64,000 nucleotides of DNA from an uncultured Hormoscilla sp. (GTDB lineage Bacteria; Cyanobacteriota; Cyanobacteriia; Cyanobacteriales; Desertifilaceae): positions 3,904,001-3,968,000 of the forward strand of contig OZ001293.3 in assembly GCA_963921275.4 (NCBI GenBank). Direction: 5' to 3'. A model generated the notes under the pieces. It saw only the letters and a program-made list of their open reading frames with translations. It had not been told where the DNA came from and searched no databases. Each line of letters starts with the position of its first letter. Position 1 is the first letter of the stretch. Position numbers and translations under genes: made by a program. Positions 1 to 8,640 of the stretch are shown piece by piece.

Positions 1-15
1 GATAACCAGAATAAT

Positions 16-1539
16 TTGGCTAACAACCAGAGTGGGTTAGATTACAACGCATTAGACGAGTTTGAGCAAAAATTTGAAGAAGAACGAATATATTACCAGG
101 TTCCTGGTGCAGCATTAGCGATCGTGTATGGAAACGAATTAATTAAAGCTAGTGGCTATGGCGTGCGGGACATAAAAACACAGGAACCGGTGACCGCAGA
201 AACAGTTTTCCCGATCGGTTCAATGAGCAAATCAATGACCAGCATCATGAATGCGACCCAAGTGGAGGCCGGGATATTTGGTTGGGACACATTGGTGAAG
301 GACATTAGCCCGCAGTTTAAGTTTGCTAATCAGCAAACCACAGACAATCTCCAGGTGCAGCACGTAATCGGGATGCGTGCTGGCATACAAGATCCGATCG
401 GCCCTTACCACTATGCTAATAACAAATATTGGGAGGAACAGTCAGCACCGTATTTAGTCAAGTCCTTGGCCACGGCCCCTTTTCAGGCAATAACTGGAAA
501 GGTATTTCACTACGGCAACGAATCTTATGCCAGCAGTGGTTACTTCTCTCCGTTGAAGCGGGGTTTAGAGGCATCGCAATTGCTGCAAGAATACAAGAAT
601 TTGATGCGTCAGAAGATATTTAAACCCATTGGGATGACAAAGACCAGCATTACACCAATTTGTTCAAGCATTAGTGACGACTATGTAACAAGCTACGGAC
701 TAGATACTAGCAATGGACGGGCAAGTATGATGGCACAAGCCCCCATCAGCATTAGCAATGTTAATGGCATCGCGCCAGCAGGTCAAGTAGTCTCAAATGC
801 TATGGACTTGAGTCTTTATGCCCGGATGTTGTTAAACAATGGTGTGGCGATTAATGGCACGCAAATCATCACCGCAGAAAGTCTGAACAAGATTTGGAGT
901 GACACAATTGATGCCCCTGACTTCCCCGGTCTGACTAATACGACTAAATATGGTCTGGGTTGGGAGATCCAAGAAGTTGAACTAACAAACCCAAACCGCA
1001 AAATTGAGGCGATCGCCCATGGGGGTCTTCTTCCGGCTTGGGTAACTTGGCTGATGGTAGTTCCAGATCAACGTTTCGGATTGGTGGTCCTCACCAATAG
1101 TTGGTCTGGTTTCTACTTTATATTCGAGATGGCGCAGGAGTTTATGAAAGTGATTTACGGCAGCAGCAATATTGATGACTCGCAATTCATCAATTATCGT
1201 CAACAATACCAGGCATACGTCGAGGAATTGCCGAAAAAAATTCAGGAGAAAGTCTCATCATATAAAGTTCAACGGAACGAAGTAGAATCACTGTTGGGAA
1301 ACTACGAAGGGGGCTGGAACGTAGAAGTAAACGAGTCAAATCAATTGGTTTTGTTTAAGTCAGGATGGGTTCATTACCTGTTTCCTAGCAAAGCGGGTCA
1401 AAACCAATACATTATCGGGGCCAGCAACGACAATATATATCTAAACGAGAAACGACATGATGTCAGCTTCTCCATTGACCCCAATACATCAAAGATGACT
1501 ATGCATTCAGCAATGGGCAACGTTGCCAAATTAGTCTAG
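16..1539 (+). CDS. Serine hydrolase, beta-lactamase (AmpC-like) family
   Basis: 507-aa ORF with VPGAALAIV, F.IGSMSK (SxxK), FHYGN (YxN) and HGG motifs. Start uncertain (TTG near window edge). Confidence 0.85.
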   Translation: MANNQSGLDYNALDEFEQKFEEERIYYQVPGAALAIVYGNELIKASGYGVRDIKTQEPVTAETVFPIGSMSKSMTSIMNATQVEAGIFGWDTLVKDISPQFKFANQQTTDNLQVQHVIGMRAGIQDPIGPYHYANNKYWEEQSAPYLVKSLATAPFQAITGKVFHYGNESYASSGYFSPLKRGLEASQLLQEYKNLMRQKIFKPIGMTKTSITPICSSISDDYVTSYGLDTSNGRASMMAQAPISISNVNGIAPAGQVVSNAMDLSLYARMLLNNGVAINGTQIITAESLNKIWSDTIDAPDFPGLTNTTKYGLGWEIQEVELTNPNRKIEAIAHGGLLPAWVTWLMVVPDQRFGLVVLTNSWSGFYFIFEMAQEFMKVIYGSSNIDDSQFINYRQQYQAYVEELPKKIQEKVSSYKVQRNEVESLLGNYEGGWNVEVNESNQLVLFKSGWVHYLFPSKAGQNQYIIGASNDNIYLNEKRHDVSFSIDPNTSKMTMHSAMGNVAKLV

Positions 1540-1636
1540 TTTGGTAATTAGACATAAGCCTTCTGATGACCTCAGACCTCAGCCATTGACGCTGATGTCT
1601 GAGGTCTGATAGCTAAATAATGACAATTATCTGGCG

Positions 1637-1733
1637 TAAGCTGTCGTGCATTTAAATTGCATAGCTTCAGATCCTTGCTCTCTATGACTTTCCCAATGCA
1701 AGAATTTTGAATGAGAGAATTTTGAATTGCTTA
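1637..1733 (+). repeat. ~95-bp MITE-like dispersed repeat, copy 1
   Basis: TAAGCTGTCGTGCATTTAAATTGCATAG...GAATTTTGAATTGCTTA; an inverted related copy is at 8438-8532. Confidence 0.6.
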
Positions 1734-1816
1734 GAGACTGGTGAGGGAAAAAATCAGGCGATCGAAGGCTTGACAGTATGATGATTGTTGGCTATAGTAT
1801 TTTGTGACCTATAAAT

Positions 1817-3010
1817 TTGGCCAGCTCTGTAAGTTCAAATATGATGAAGATCGAAAAGACAAGCTTATTGCTAAGCATAGGATGTTGCATAATCATCATC
1901 TGCTTATATCTGACTAAAATTGTCCCAACGGTAGCCGCAGAGATGCCAAAGGATTTTAGTTCAAATTTGTTTGAGACTAAGTCGCTAGTTAACACTTCTG
2001 GCAACACCTATCTAATGGACAAGCATGCTTGGACAATATTTGCTCAAATCAATCAGAAAGCACCTAGACAATGTCCAGGGACAAATAATAGTATTTGGGA
2101 AACTTGGGCCGATAACGGGGAGACCTTTCTACGGGAAAAACCAACATGGCCGGAAGTCTGTGGGACTGCCGAGGCCCCGCGCCGGAAGATACTTAGAGAG
2201 CGCAGCATCAACTTATTTCTGGAAGCAGAAGAAAAACAGACAATTCTCGGAGCAGAATTGATTGATTCTTCCGAAGAAAAAGCCGAAGAAGTCCGCCGCA
2301 ACCGCGCCACCTTTGACTATATAGTCAATAATGACCTCTGGAATAGGGAGGGTTTAATCAAAGCCTATGCTAGTGATGAAAAAATTGAGTTTCCTGCTAA
2401 GGCGATTGAAGTCAAAGCTGATTGGGTGCCAATTCGCGAATCAGAAAAGCCTAATTATCACTGGAATTACACCCAAGATGGAACTCTGGTTGGCATGCGG
2501 GCCATGCACGTGATCTCCAAAGAGTTGCCAAACTGGTTCTGGGCGAGCTTTGAATGGGTTGACAACCTAGGACGCTGCGATGACATCGGCTGTGTGGATA
2601 ACTTTGGGGTAACTCCCCATGTCGTCCAACCAAACGATACGACAAATCTCAAATATCCTCCGGGGCAATTAACCCCAGAACTGGAGCAATTATTTGCTGC
2701 TTACGGACTAACAGGAGAATGGGGCGAGCAATTTAAGAACTACCGCCTGAAGGGAACTCAAATCAACTTTATTGATGTGACAGGAAGCCCAATACTGTTG
2801 GGGAATTCAATCACAGAACAGGGGTCGGTCTTGGGCTCTTCATGTATAACTTGCCACGCCCAGGCAAGGATTGATGCGGACGGTCGCACAACACGAGTTT
2901 TGGAGTTAGTTGGAGCCCCTGTGCCGGAAATGTTCGAACAATTAAAGGCAACGGGTTTTGTTTGGTCAATCCCATTGTGTGTAAACTATCCTTGGGCTTG
3001 TAAAAGCTGA
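1817..3010 (+). CDS. Secreted hypothetical protein with one C-terminal c-type haem motif
   Basis: Hydrophobic N-terminus; SSCITCHA (CxxCH) near the C-terminus. True start is probably ATG 1841/1844. Confidence 0.65.
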   Translation: MASSVSSNMMKIEKTSLLLSIGCCIIIICLYLTKIVPTVAAEMPKDFSSNLFETKSLVNTSGNTYLMDKHAWTIFAQINQKAPRQCPGTNNSIWETWADNGETFLREKPTWPEVCGTAEAPRRKILRERSINLFLEAEEKQTILGAELIDSSEEKAEEVRRNRATFDYIVNNDLWNREGLIKAYASDEKIEFPAKAIEVKADWVPIRESEKPNYHWNYTQDGTLVGMRAMHVISKELPNWFWASFEWVDNLGRCDDIGCVDNFGVTPHVVQPNDTTNLKYPPGQLTPELEQLFAAYGLTGEWGEQFKNYRLKGTQINFIDVTGSPILLGNSITEQGSVLGSSCITCHAQARIDADGRTTRVLELVGAPVPEMFEQLKATGFVWSIPLCVNYPWACKS

Positions 3011-3156
3011 TCGATAATACTGAAATCCTGTTTGTGTTTGGCCTTCACCTATTCACTACAGGTAGGGTAAGATGGGTACTGCCCATCTTACCTTGAGAGC
3101 CTCTGGGTAAGTCCCAATTCAGATCGTATAATTTTCCAGAACAAGTTCCCCTACTG

Positions 3157-4107
3157 ATGACCAAACTGATTATCCAAATTCCCTGCTACAACGAAGAAGA
3201 ATCCCTAGGAATAGCCCTGCAAGCACTGCCGCGTCAGTTAGATGGAGTCGATACTGTCGAATGGTTGGTAATTAATGATGGCAGCCGCGATCGCACAGTA
3301 GAAGTAGCAAAATACTACGAAGTTGACCATATCGTCAACTTACCCCAAAACCAAGGTCTAGCCAAAGCTTTTATGGCCGGGCTAGAAGCATCCGTGGAAG
3401 CAGGGGCGGATATTATCGTCAATACAGATGCAGACAATCAATACTGTGCTGCTGACATTCCCAAATTAATTCAGCCAATTGTTCGGAAACAAGCAGAAAT
3501 AGTAGTAGGTGCCCGAGATGTGCAAACAAACCCAGAATTTTCTCCCGTCAAAAAGCTACTGCAAAAACTGGGAAGTTGGGTAGTACGTCTTGCTTCGAAA
3601 ACCGCTATTCCCGACGCCCCTAGCGGTTTTCGAGCCTTCAGTCGGAAAGCTGCTATGCAACTCAATGTTTTTAATAGTTATACCTATACCCTGGAGACAA
3701 TTATCCAAGCCGGGCAAAAAGGAATAGCAATTACTTCCGTACCAATTAAAACTAATCCGGCCTTACGGCCATCCCGTCTAGTACGGAGCAATTGGAATTA
3801 TATGGTGCGATCGTTTTTGACGATTCTCCGCATCTTCATGCTGTACAAGCCCCTGCGCTTCTTTTTGCTATTCGGAAATATTTCCTTCGGGGCCGGGATT
3901 ATTTTAGGAAGTCGCTGGCTGATATATTTCCTTATGGGTAGCGAAAGAACTCACATTCCTAGCTTAATTCTGGCGGCTATCTTGATTTTAATTGGCTTCC
4001 AATTGTGTATATTTGGTCTCGTTGCTGATTTGATGGCAGCTAACCGCAAACTGTTGGAAGAAATTCAACTCCGCATGCGATCGAATGATGCCAAGACTGA
4101 TGGCTGA
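3157..4107 (+). CDS. Glycosyltransferase family 2 with C-terminal TM helices
   Basis: IPCYNEE, INDGSRD and NTDADNQY motifs; two C-terminal hydrophobic segments. Confidence 0.9.
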   Translation: MTKLIIQIPCYNEEESLGIALQALPRQLDGVDTVEWLVINDGSRDRTVEVAKYYEVDHIVNLPQNQGLAKAFMAGLEASVEAGADIIVNTDADNQYCAADIPKLIQPIVRKQAEIVVGARDVQTNPEFSPVKKLLQKLGSWVVRLASKTAIPDAPSGFRAFSRKAAMQLNVFNSYTYTLETIIQAGQKGIAITSVPIKTNPALRPSRLVRSNWNYMVRSFLTILRIFMLYKPLRFFLLFGNISFGAGIILGSRWLIYFLMGSERTHIPSLILAAILILIGFQLCIFGLVADLMAANRKLLEEIQLRMRSNDAKTDG

Positions 4108-4170
4108 ACACCTCAGGCGATCCGCCCGCCCTACTGACCGCAAAATCAAGTAAATAGGATCGACAAAAAC

Positions 4171-5139
4171 ATGAAGAAGATTATCTCTTTAATTGTGAGT
4201 CTATTAATTTTAGCAGCAATCTACTGGAAAATAGACTTGCAGAAATTAATAGAGGTTTTTAAGAATTGTCAGGGCGAATGGATGGTAGTTAGTCTAGGCA
4301 TGGTCGTGCCGTTAACAATGTTGACTGCCTGGCGACTGCAACAACTAATGCCAAGTGGGCAGAGATTGGGATTTGGCGAGGCCAATCGCTTAATTCTCGC
4401 AGCTAGCGTCTTAAATATGCTATTACCCTCAAAAATGGGGGATATTGCCAAGGCCTATTTTATGAAGCAGCGAGGACATTTAGATGGTTCTCTATCTTTA
4501 TCTTTAGTTGTTTTTGAGAAAGCTTGCGATTTATTATCCTTGCTACTCTGGTGTGCATTTGGCTTAATACTTTATCCAGCTAAAGATTGGTTATTTTGGC
4601 TAATGACTAGCAGCGTGGTTTTCGGACTGGTGCCAGGTATCTTATTACTGAGTTCGGAAAAAATATCTCTGACCTTTTTTCAAATAGGGAAAAAGATTGC
4701 CCCAGATAAAATCACTTCAAAACTGGAAAGTTTGCAGACATCTTGGCTGGAAATGCAAAATTATTTCTGGAGCAACAAAGCCCAGTTAGCTAAGATAACT
4801 ATTGTTTCTATCTGGATCTGGTTTCTACATCTGTTACAAATTTGGCTATTTATCCTAGCACTGGGGGCCTGGACGCCCTTTTTGGCAAATCTAGCCCTTT
4901 CACCCCTAGCAATTCTAGCAGGTTTACTGCCTTTAACCTTTGCGGGAATTGGCACTCGCGACGCTGCTTTGATCGCCTTTTATCAGCCCTATTTCAATGC
5001 CCCTACAGCTGCGGCCTTAGCCCTACTTTGTACTTCACGCTATCTGTTACCTGCCATTGGCGGTTTGCCTTTTCTGGGACAATATCTAGTTAAAGATTCT
5101 CAAGAGACTGAAATTTCCCAATTCCCAATTCACAACTGA
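4171..5139 (+). CDS. Flippase-like / lysylphosphatidylglycerol-synthase TM domain protein (UPF0104)
   Basis: Multi-TM ORF with LPSKMGDIAKA and PLTFAGIGTRDA motifs, directly downstream of the GT2 gene. Confidence 0.8.
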   Translation: MKKIISLIVSLLILAAIYWKIDLQKLIEVFKNCQGEWMVVSLGMVVPLTMLTAWRLQQLMPSGQRLGFGEANRLILAASVLNMLLPSKMGDIAKAYFMKQRGHLDGSLSLSLVVFEKACDLLSLLLWCAFGLILYPAKDWLFWLMTSSVVFGLVPGILLLSSEKISLTFFQIGKKIAPDKITSKLESLQTSWLEMQNYFWSNKAQLAKITIVSIWIWFLHLLQIWLFILALGAWTPFLANLALSPLAILAGLLPLTFAGIGTRDAALIAFYQPYFNAPTAAALALLCTSRYLLPAIGGLPFLGQYLVKDSQETEISQFPIHN

Positions 5140-5153
5140 CAGGCTCTCGTGTC

Positions 5154-5312
5154 GGGTGCATCTCAATACAAGACATTCGTAGGTTGGGTTTCCTCTATGC
5201 GCACTGCGTAGAGGAAACCCAACAGGCGCAACGCTAACAACATCTCTTTGTTGGGTTTCGTGCCTCAACCCAACCTACGAAATTAATATTTTTGCTTCTA
5301 TGAGATGCACCC
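5154..5312. mobile_element. MITE (159 bp) with GGGTGCATCTCA TIRs and 8-bp TSD, enclosing a REP-like palindrome
   Basis: TIR GGGTGCATCTCA/TGAGATGCACCC; CTCGTGTC duplicated at 5146-5153 and 5313-5320; internal CGTAGGTTGGG...CCCAACCTAC repeat also at ~21015 and ~39773. Confidence 0.85.
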
Positions 5313-5357
5313 CTCGTGTCGCCCGCCCTGCGAACACCTCCAGGCGATCCGCCCGCC

Positions 5358-7079
5358 CTACGAACCGACCACCTCTAATGTTGATGTCCATCGAATGTAA
5401 TTACAGCCCTCTATTTCTTGACGTATCCATTCATGGGCTTGGACAAAAGAAGATCTAATTAGCAAACCTTTACCATTATCTTCAAAACTAGGGGGCAAAA
5501 GCACGCGAACGCGCAAAGGGATGCTCGTATGAAAATCTTGATGCTGTAAAATTGCATCTTGTAAACCACCATAAAAATCTGCATGGGTAACGATCGCTCT
5601 TCCAGGTAAATCTAAGGCCGCGAGCGGCTCTGGTAGATACCAGACATCGGTTTGCTCGTTAAAATCTTGGAGTAATTCTGCGCGCACCCGACGCAAGTCT
5701 TGAGAAGCTAACCAAGGGTTATAGATTTGACTGGAAGCAACTGTATAATTGATAGGCGATTCAATTGCCTTACCCATCATAAAGACACTACTATAAACCA
5801 GAGGAAGAGCAAGATAAAGGATGGCAGCAATAGATAAAGATACTTTGAGTAAATAATTGTGAGAATTTTTCTGCCACAGTTCGCCACCTGACTGTAGAAC
5901 TACAGGTAAAATAGCAAGACTGGCTGAGATGATATGGCGTGTCTCGTAACTAACAGTTGCACCCACCGACCAAATAGCAAAGAGAGCCGCAACGCTGGTA
6001 AAAAATACAATTTTAGCTAATAAACTAGCTTCTGATAAGGTTTGAGGACTTAAAATTAACCATAACAATAATACCCCTCCTGGAAGGCCAATTAAACTTA
6101 TCCAGAGGGGATTAAAAACAAGCCCCTGTTGGTAATTAAGGAGCAGAGCTTTCCAAAATGATTCAGCATCAGCTATAGCTAGGGCAGGATTAGCTATAGC
6201 ATAAATCGTGGTTTGCCATTTGAAGCTAATTATTTTCGCTGTAGCAGTAAGCAAATTTGCCGTTCCTCCTAGATTTTGGTTGAGGAAGTTGAGAGTTAAC
6301 AAAGGAATAGCGAAAAATAAGCAGACCAATCCATAAGCTATTAATTTCCTAATTTTTTGCTGCTGGGAATTGTTATTAGTAATACTTTTGAATCCCAGAT
6401 AAATTAACGCTCCTAATAAAACAAACATAATTGAGTATTTTAAGATATATACCCAACCCATAATTAAGCCAACGAGAGGGGAAATAACTAAAAATTTTAC
6501 CCAACCTTTGATGGCAGCGCTCTCACGATTCCAATATCGATTGAGTTGATAAGTCATCAAAAGTAACCAAGGGGCAGAAGCATAAACTAGGACTTCCGCA
6601 GAATACTGGAATACAGCATGACTACTATAGCGCAGACTGGGGATAGTCAGAGCCAGAATTAAGCCAATCCAAATCGGAAACTCGAACAGGGAAAACCAAC
6701 AGATCCAACCCAGAGAACCTACAATTAAGCCGGCGATCGCGATTATGCGTATGCTAATGCCCGCTGATATTCCCCCTGCCATGAGGGGATAGGCTAGCAA
6801 ATTAGTTCCTGGAGGCCACCAAGTAATCCAGATAGCCTCGTTAACAGCAAGGTCATCATAACTGGGTCTGACTAAATGATTAAAGGAAGGGGAGTCAGAG
6901 GCGATAAACTGTTGTAACGCCTTCATTTGCCACGCAGAATCGCTATAAAGACTCTGAGGATTCTTCAGGGCCACTAAGATTATTAATAAACTAGAAATTA
7001 AGGCGATCGTCAGAAGGATTGGCGTGATTTTTTTCATATCTTTAACATCCTTAAGCATGGAGCAATGAGCTGGCTCCAA
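5358..7079 (-). CDS. Polytopic membrane protein (possibly GT-C-like)
   Basis: 573-aa ORF with many TM segments; likely start at MKKITP (~7037). Confidence 0.6.
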   Translation of the reverse strand: MEPAHCSMLKDVKDMKKITPILLTIALISSLLIILVALKNPQSLYSDSAWQMKALQQFIASDSPSFNHLVRPSYDDLAVNEAIWITWWPPGTNLLAYPLMAGGISAGISIRIIAIAGLIVGSLGWICWFSLFEFPIWIGLILALTIPSLRYSSHAVFQYSAEVLVYASAPWLLLMTYQLNRYWNRESAAIKGWVKFLVISPLVGLIMGWVYILKYSIMFVLLGALIYLGFKSITNNNSQQQKIRKLIAYGLVCLFFAIPLLTLNFLNQNLGGTANLLTATAKIISFKWQTTIYAIANPALAIADAESFWKALLLNYQQGLVFNPLWISLIGLPGGVLLLWLILSPQTLSEASLLAKIVFFTSVAALFAIWSVGATVSYETRHIISASLAILPVVLQSGGELWQKNSHNYLLKVSLSIAAILYLALPLVYSSVFMMGKAIESPINYTVASSQIYNPWLASQDLRRVRAELLQDFNEQTDVWYLPEPLAALDLPGRAIVTHADFYGGLQDAILQHQDFHTSIPLRVRVLLPPSFEDNGKGLLIRSSFVQAHEWIRQEIEGCNYIRWTSTLEVVGS

Positions 7080-7150
7080 TGGAAAAAATTGTCAATCGGC
7101 AGATATTAGTATACTATAGATTGACAGTTGTCAACCTATACCAACAAAAA

Positions 7151-8440
7151 ATGAGAGTCTTCATCCTCATCTGGTTTGGTCAGCTCATCTCCCTGATCGG
7201 TTCGGGTCTTACTAGCTTTGCTTTGGGGGTACGAGTCTATCAGAACACCGGATCTGTCACCCAGTTCGCTCTGATTACGCTTTGCACGACTCTACCGCTG
7301 GTAATCGTTTCTCCTATAGCCGGTACACTAGTTGACCGCTGGAGCCGACGGTGGACAATGATTATTAGCGATTCTGGTAGCGGTATATGTACCCTGGCGA
7401 TCGCCGTTTTGCTCGCCACCGGTACTCTGGAAGTTTGGCATATATACATTATTGCAGCGATCAATTCCTTATTGAGCGCCTTCCAATGGCCAGCTTATAC
7501 CGCCGCCACCACCCTGCTAGTTCCCAAAGAAGAGTTGGGTCGCGCCAGTGGGATGGTCCAGTCAGGAGAAAGCATCGCTCAAATCCTCTCACCGGCGATC
7601 GCTGGCGTGCTTCTAGTCACAATCGGGTTGCGGGGTATTATTCTACTCGACTTTATCACTTTCGGTTTCGCCCTATCAACCTTACTTTGCATCCGTTTTC
7701 CGGAGATAGAGAGCAAAGCTGAAAAAATAACAACCTCAAATAACCTGTGGGAAGAATTACTCTATGGTGTAACTTATCTTACCACGAGACCTGGCTTAGT
7801 GGGAATACTGGGTTTTTTCGCAATTATCAACTTATTTACAGCACTGATAATTATCTTAGTGCCTCCTTTAATACTGTCTTTATTCTCTCCTGTAGTGCTG
7901 GGTACGATCGAGTCCATTGGCGGCATAGGTATGCTTGCTGGCAGCTCGTTAATGATTATTTGGAAAGGTCCAGAAAACCGCATCAAGACTGTGTTTGGCA
8001 TCCCGATACTCATGGCTTTCTCGACTATCGTTATGGGATTACACAGTTCCATCCTCGTTCTATCTATTGGGAGTTTTTTATTCTTATTTGGTTCTCCAGT
8101 TATCCGTGCTTGTCTCCAAGTCATCTGGCAAATCAAAATTGCACCTGACGTTCAAGGAAGAGTTTTTTCTCTTAAACGAATGGTAGTCCGATCGTGCGTA
8201 CCCTTAGCTGCTGTCGTGGCCGGACCGTTAAATGACTATATTTTTGAACCGCTGATGGCTGCTGATGGTCCTTTAGCAGCAAGTCTGGGACAAATCATTG
8301 GCGTAGGAACGGGTCGCGGTATCGATCTGATGTTGGTCGTTCTAGGCGTTTTAATCATATTAACAACTTTTTTCGCCTACCTCTATGCTCCTCTGCGGTT
8401 AGTGGAAAGTCAACTACCTGATGCTACTATCGGGACTTAG
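7151..8440 (+). CDS. MFS transporter (DHA3/macrolide-efflux-like)
   Basis: WFGQLISLIGS, GTLVDRWSRR and QGRVFS motifs; start placed at MRVF (7151) within ORF 7079..8440. Confidence 0.85.
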   Translation: MRVFILIWFGQLISLIGSGLTSFALGVRVYQNTGSVTQFALITLCTTLPLVIVSPIAGTLVDRWSRRWTMIISDSGSGICTLAIAVLLATGTLEVWHIYIIAAINSLLSAFQWPAYTAATTLLVPKEELGRASGMVQSGESIAQILSPAIAGVLLVTIGLRGIILLDFITFGFALSTLLCIRFPEIESKAEKITTSNNLWEELLYGVTYLTTRPGLVGILGFFAIINLFTALIIILVPPLILSLFSPVVLGTIESIGGIGMLAGSSLMIIWKGPENRIKTVFGIPILMAFSTIVMGLHSSILVLSIGSFLFLFGSPVIRACLQVIWQIKIAPDVQGRVFSLKRMVVRSCVPLAAVVAGPLNDYIFEPLMAADGPLAASLGQIIGVGTGRGIDLMLVVLGVLIILTTFFAYLYAPLRLVESQLPDATIGT

Positions 8441-8532
8441 GCAATTCAAAATTCAAAATTCAAAATGGGGAAAGCTATTTTGAACTTGGGTTTCAGCTTT
8501 TAGACCTATGCAAATTCAATGCGCGACAGCTT
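8438..8532 (-). repeat. ~95-bp MITE-like dispersed repeat, copy 2
   Basis: Reverse complement of both ends of 1637-1733. Confidence 0.6.
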
Positions 8533-8640
8533 TGAGAATTGGGAATTGTCAATTGAGAATGGAAAATTGATAATTATTGTCGGAATATTTGTCCGCTTTA
8601 CCATGTCCTGTATTCAGTAACTAATGAAGAGGGTTGAAGT

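Noticed and set aside
1637..8532. One 6.9-kb composite transposon
   Set aside because: Each end is a complete small repeat copy; no TSD or transposase found.
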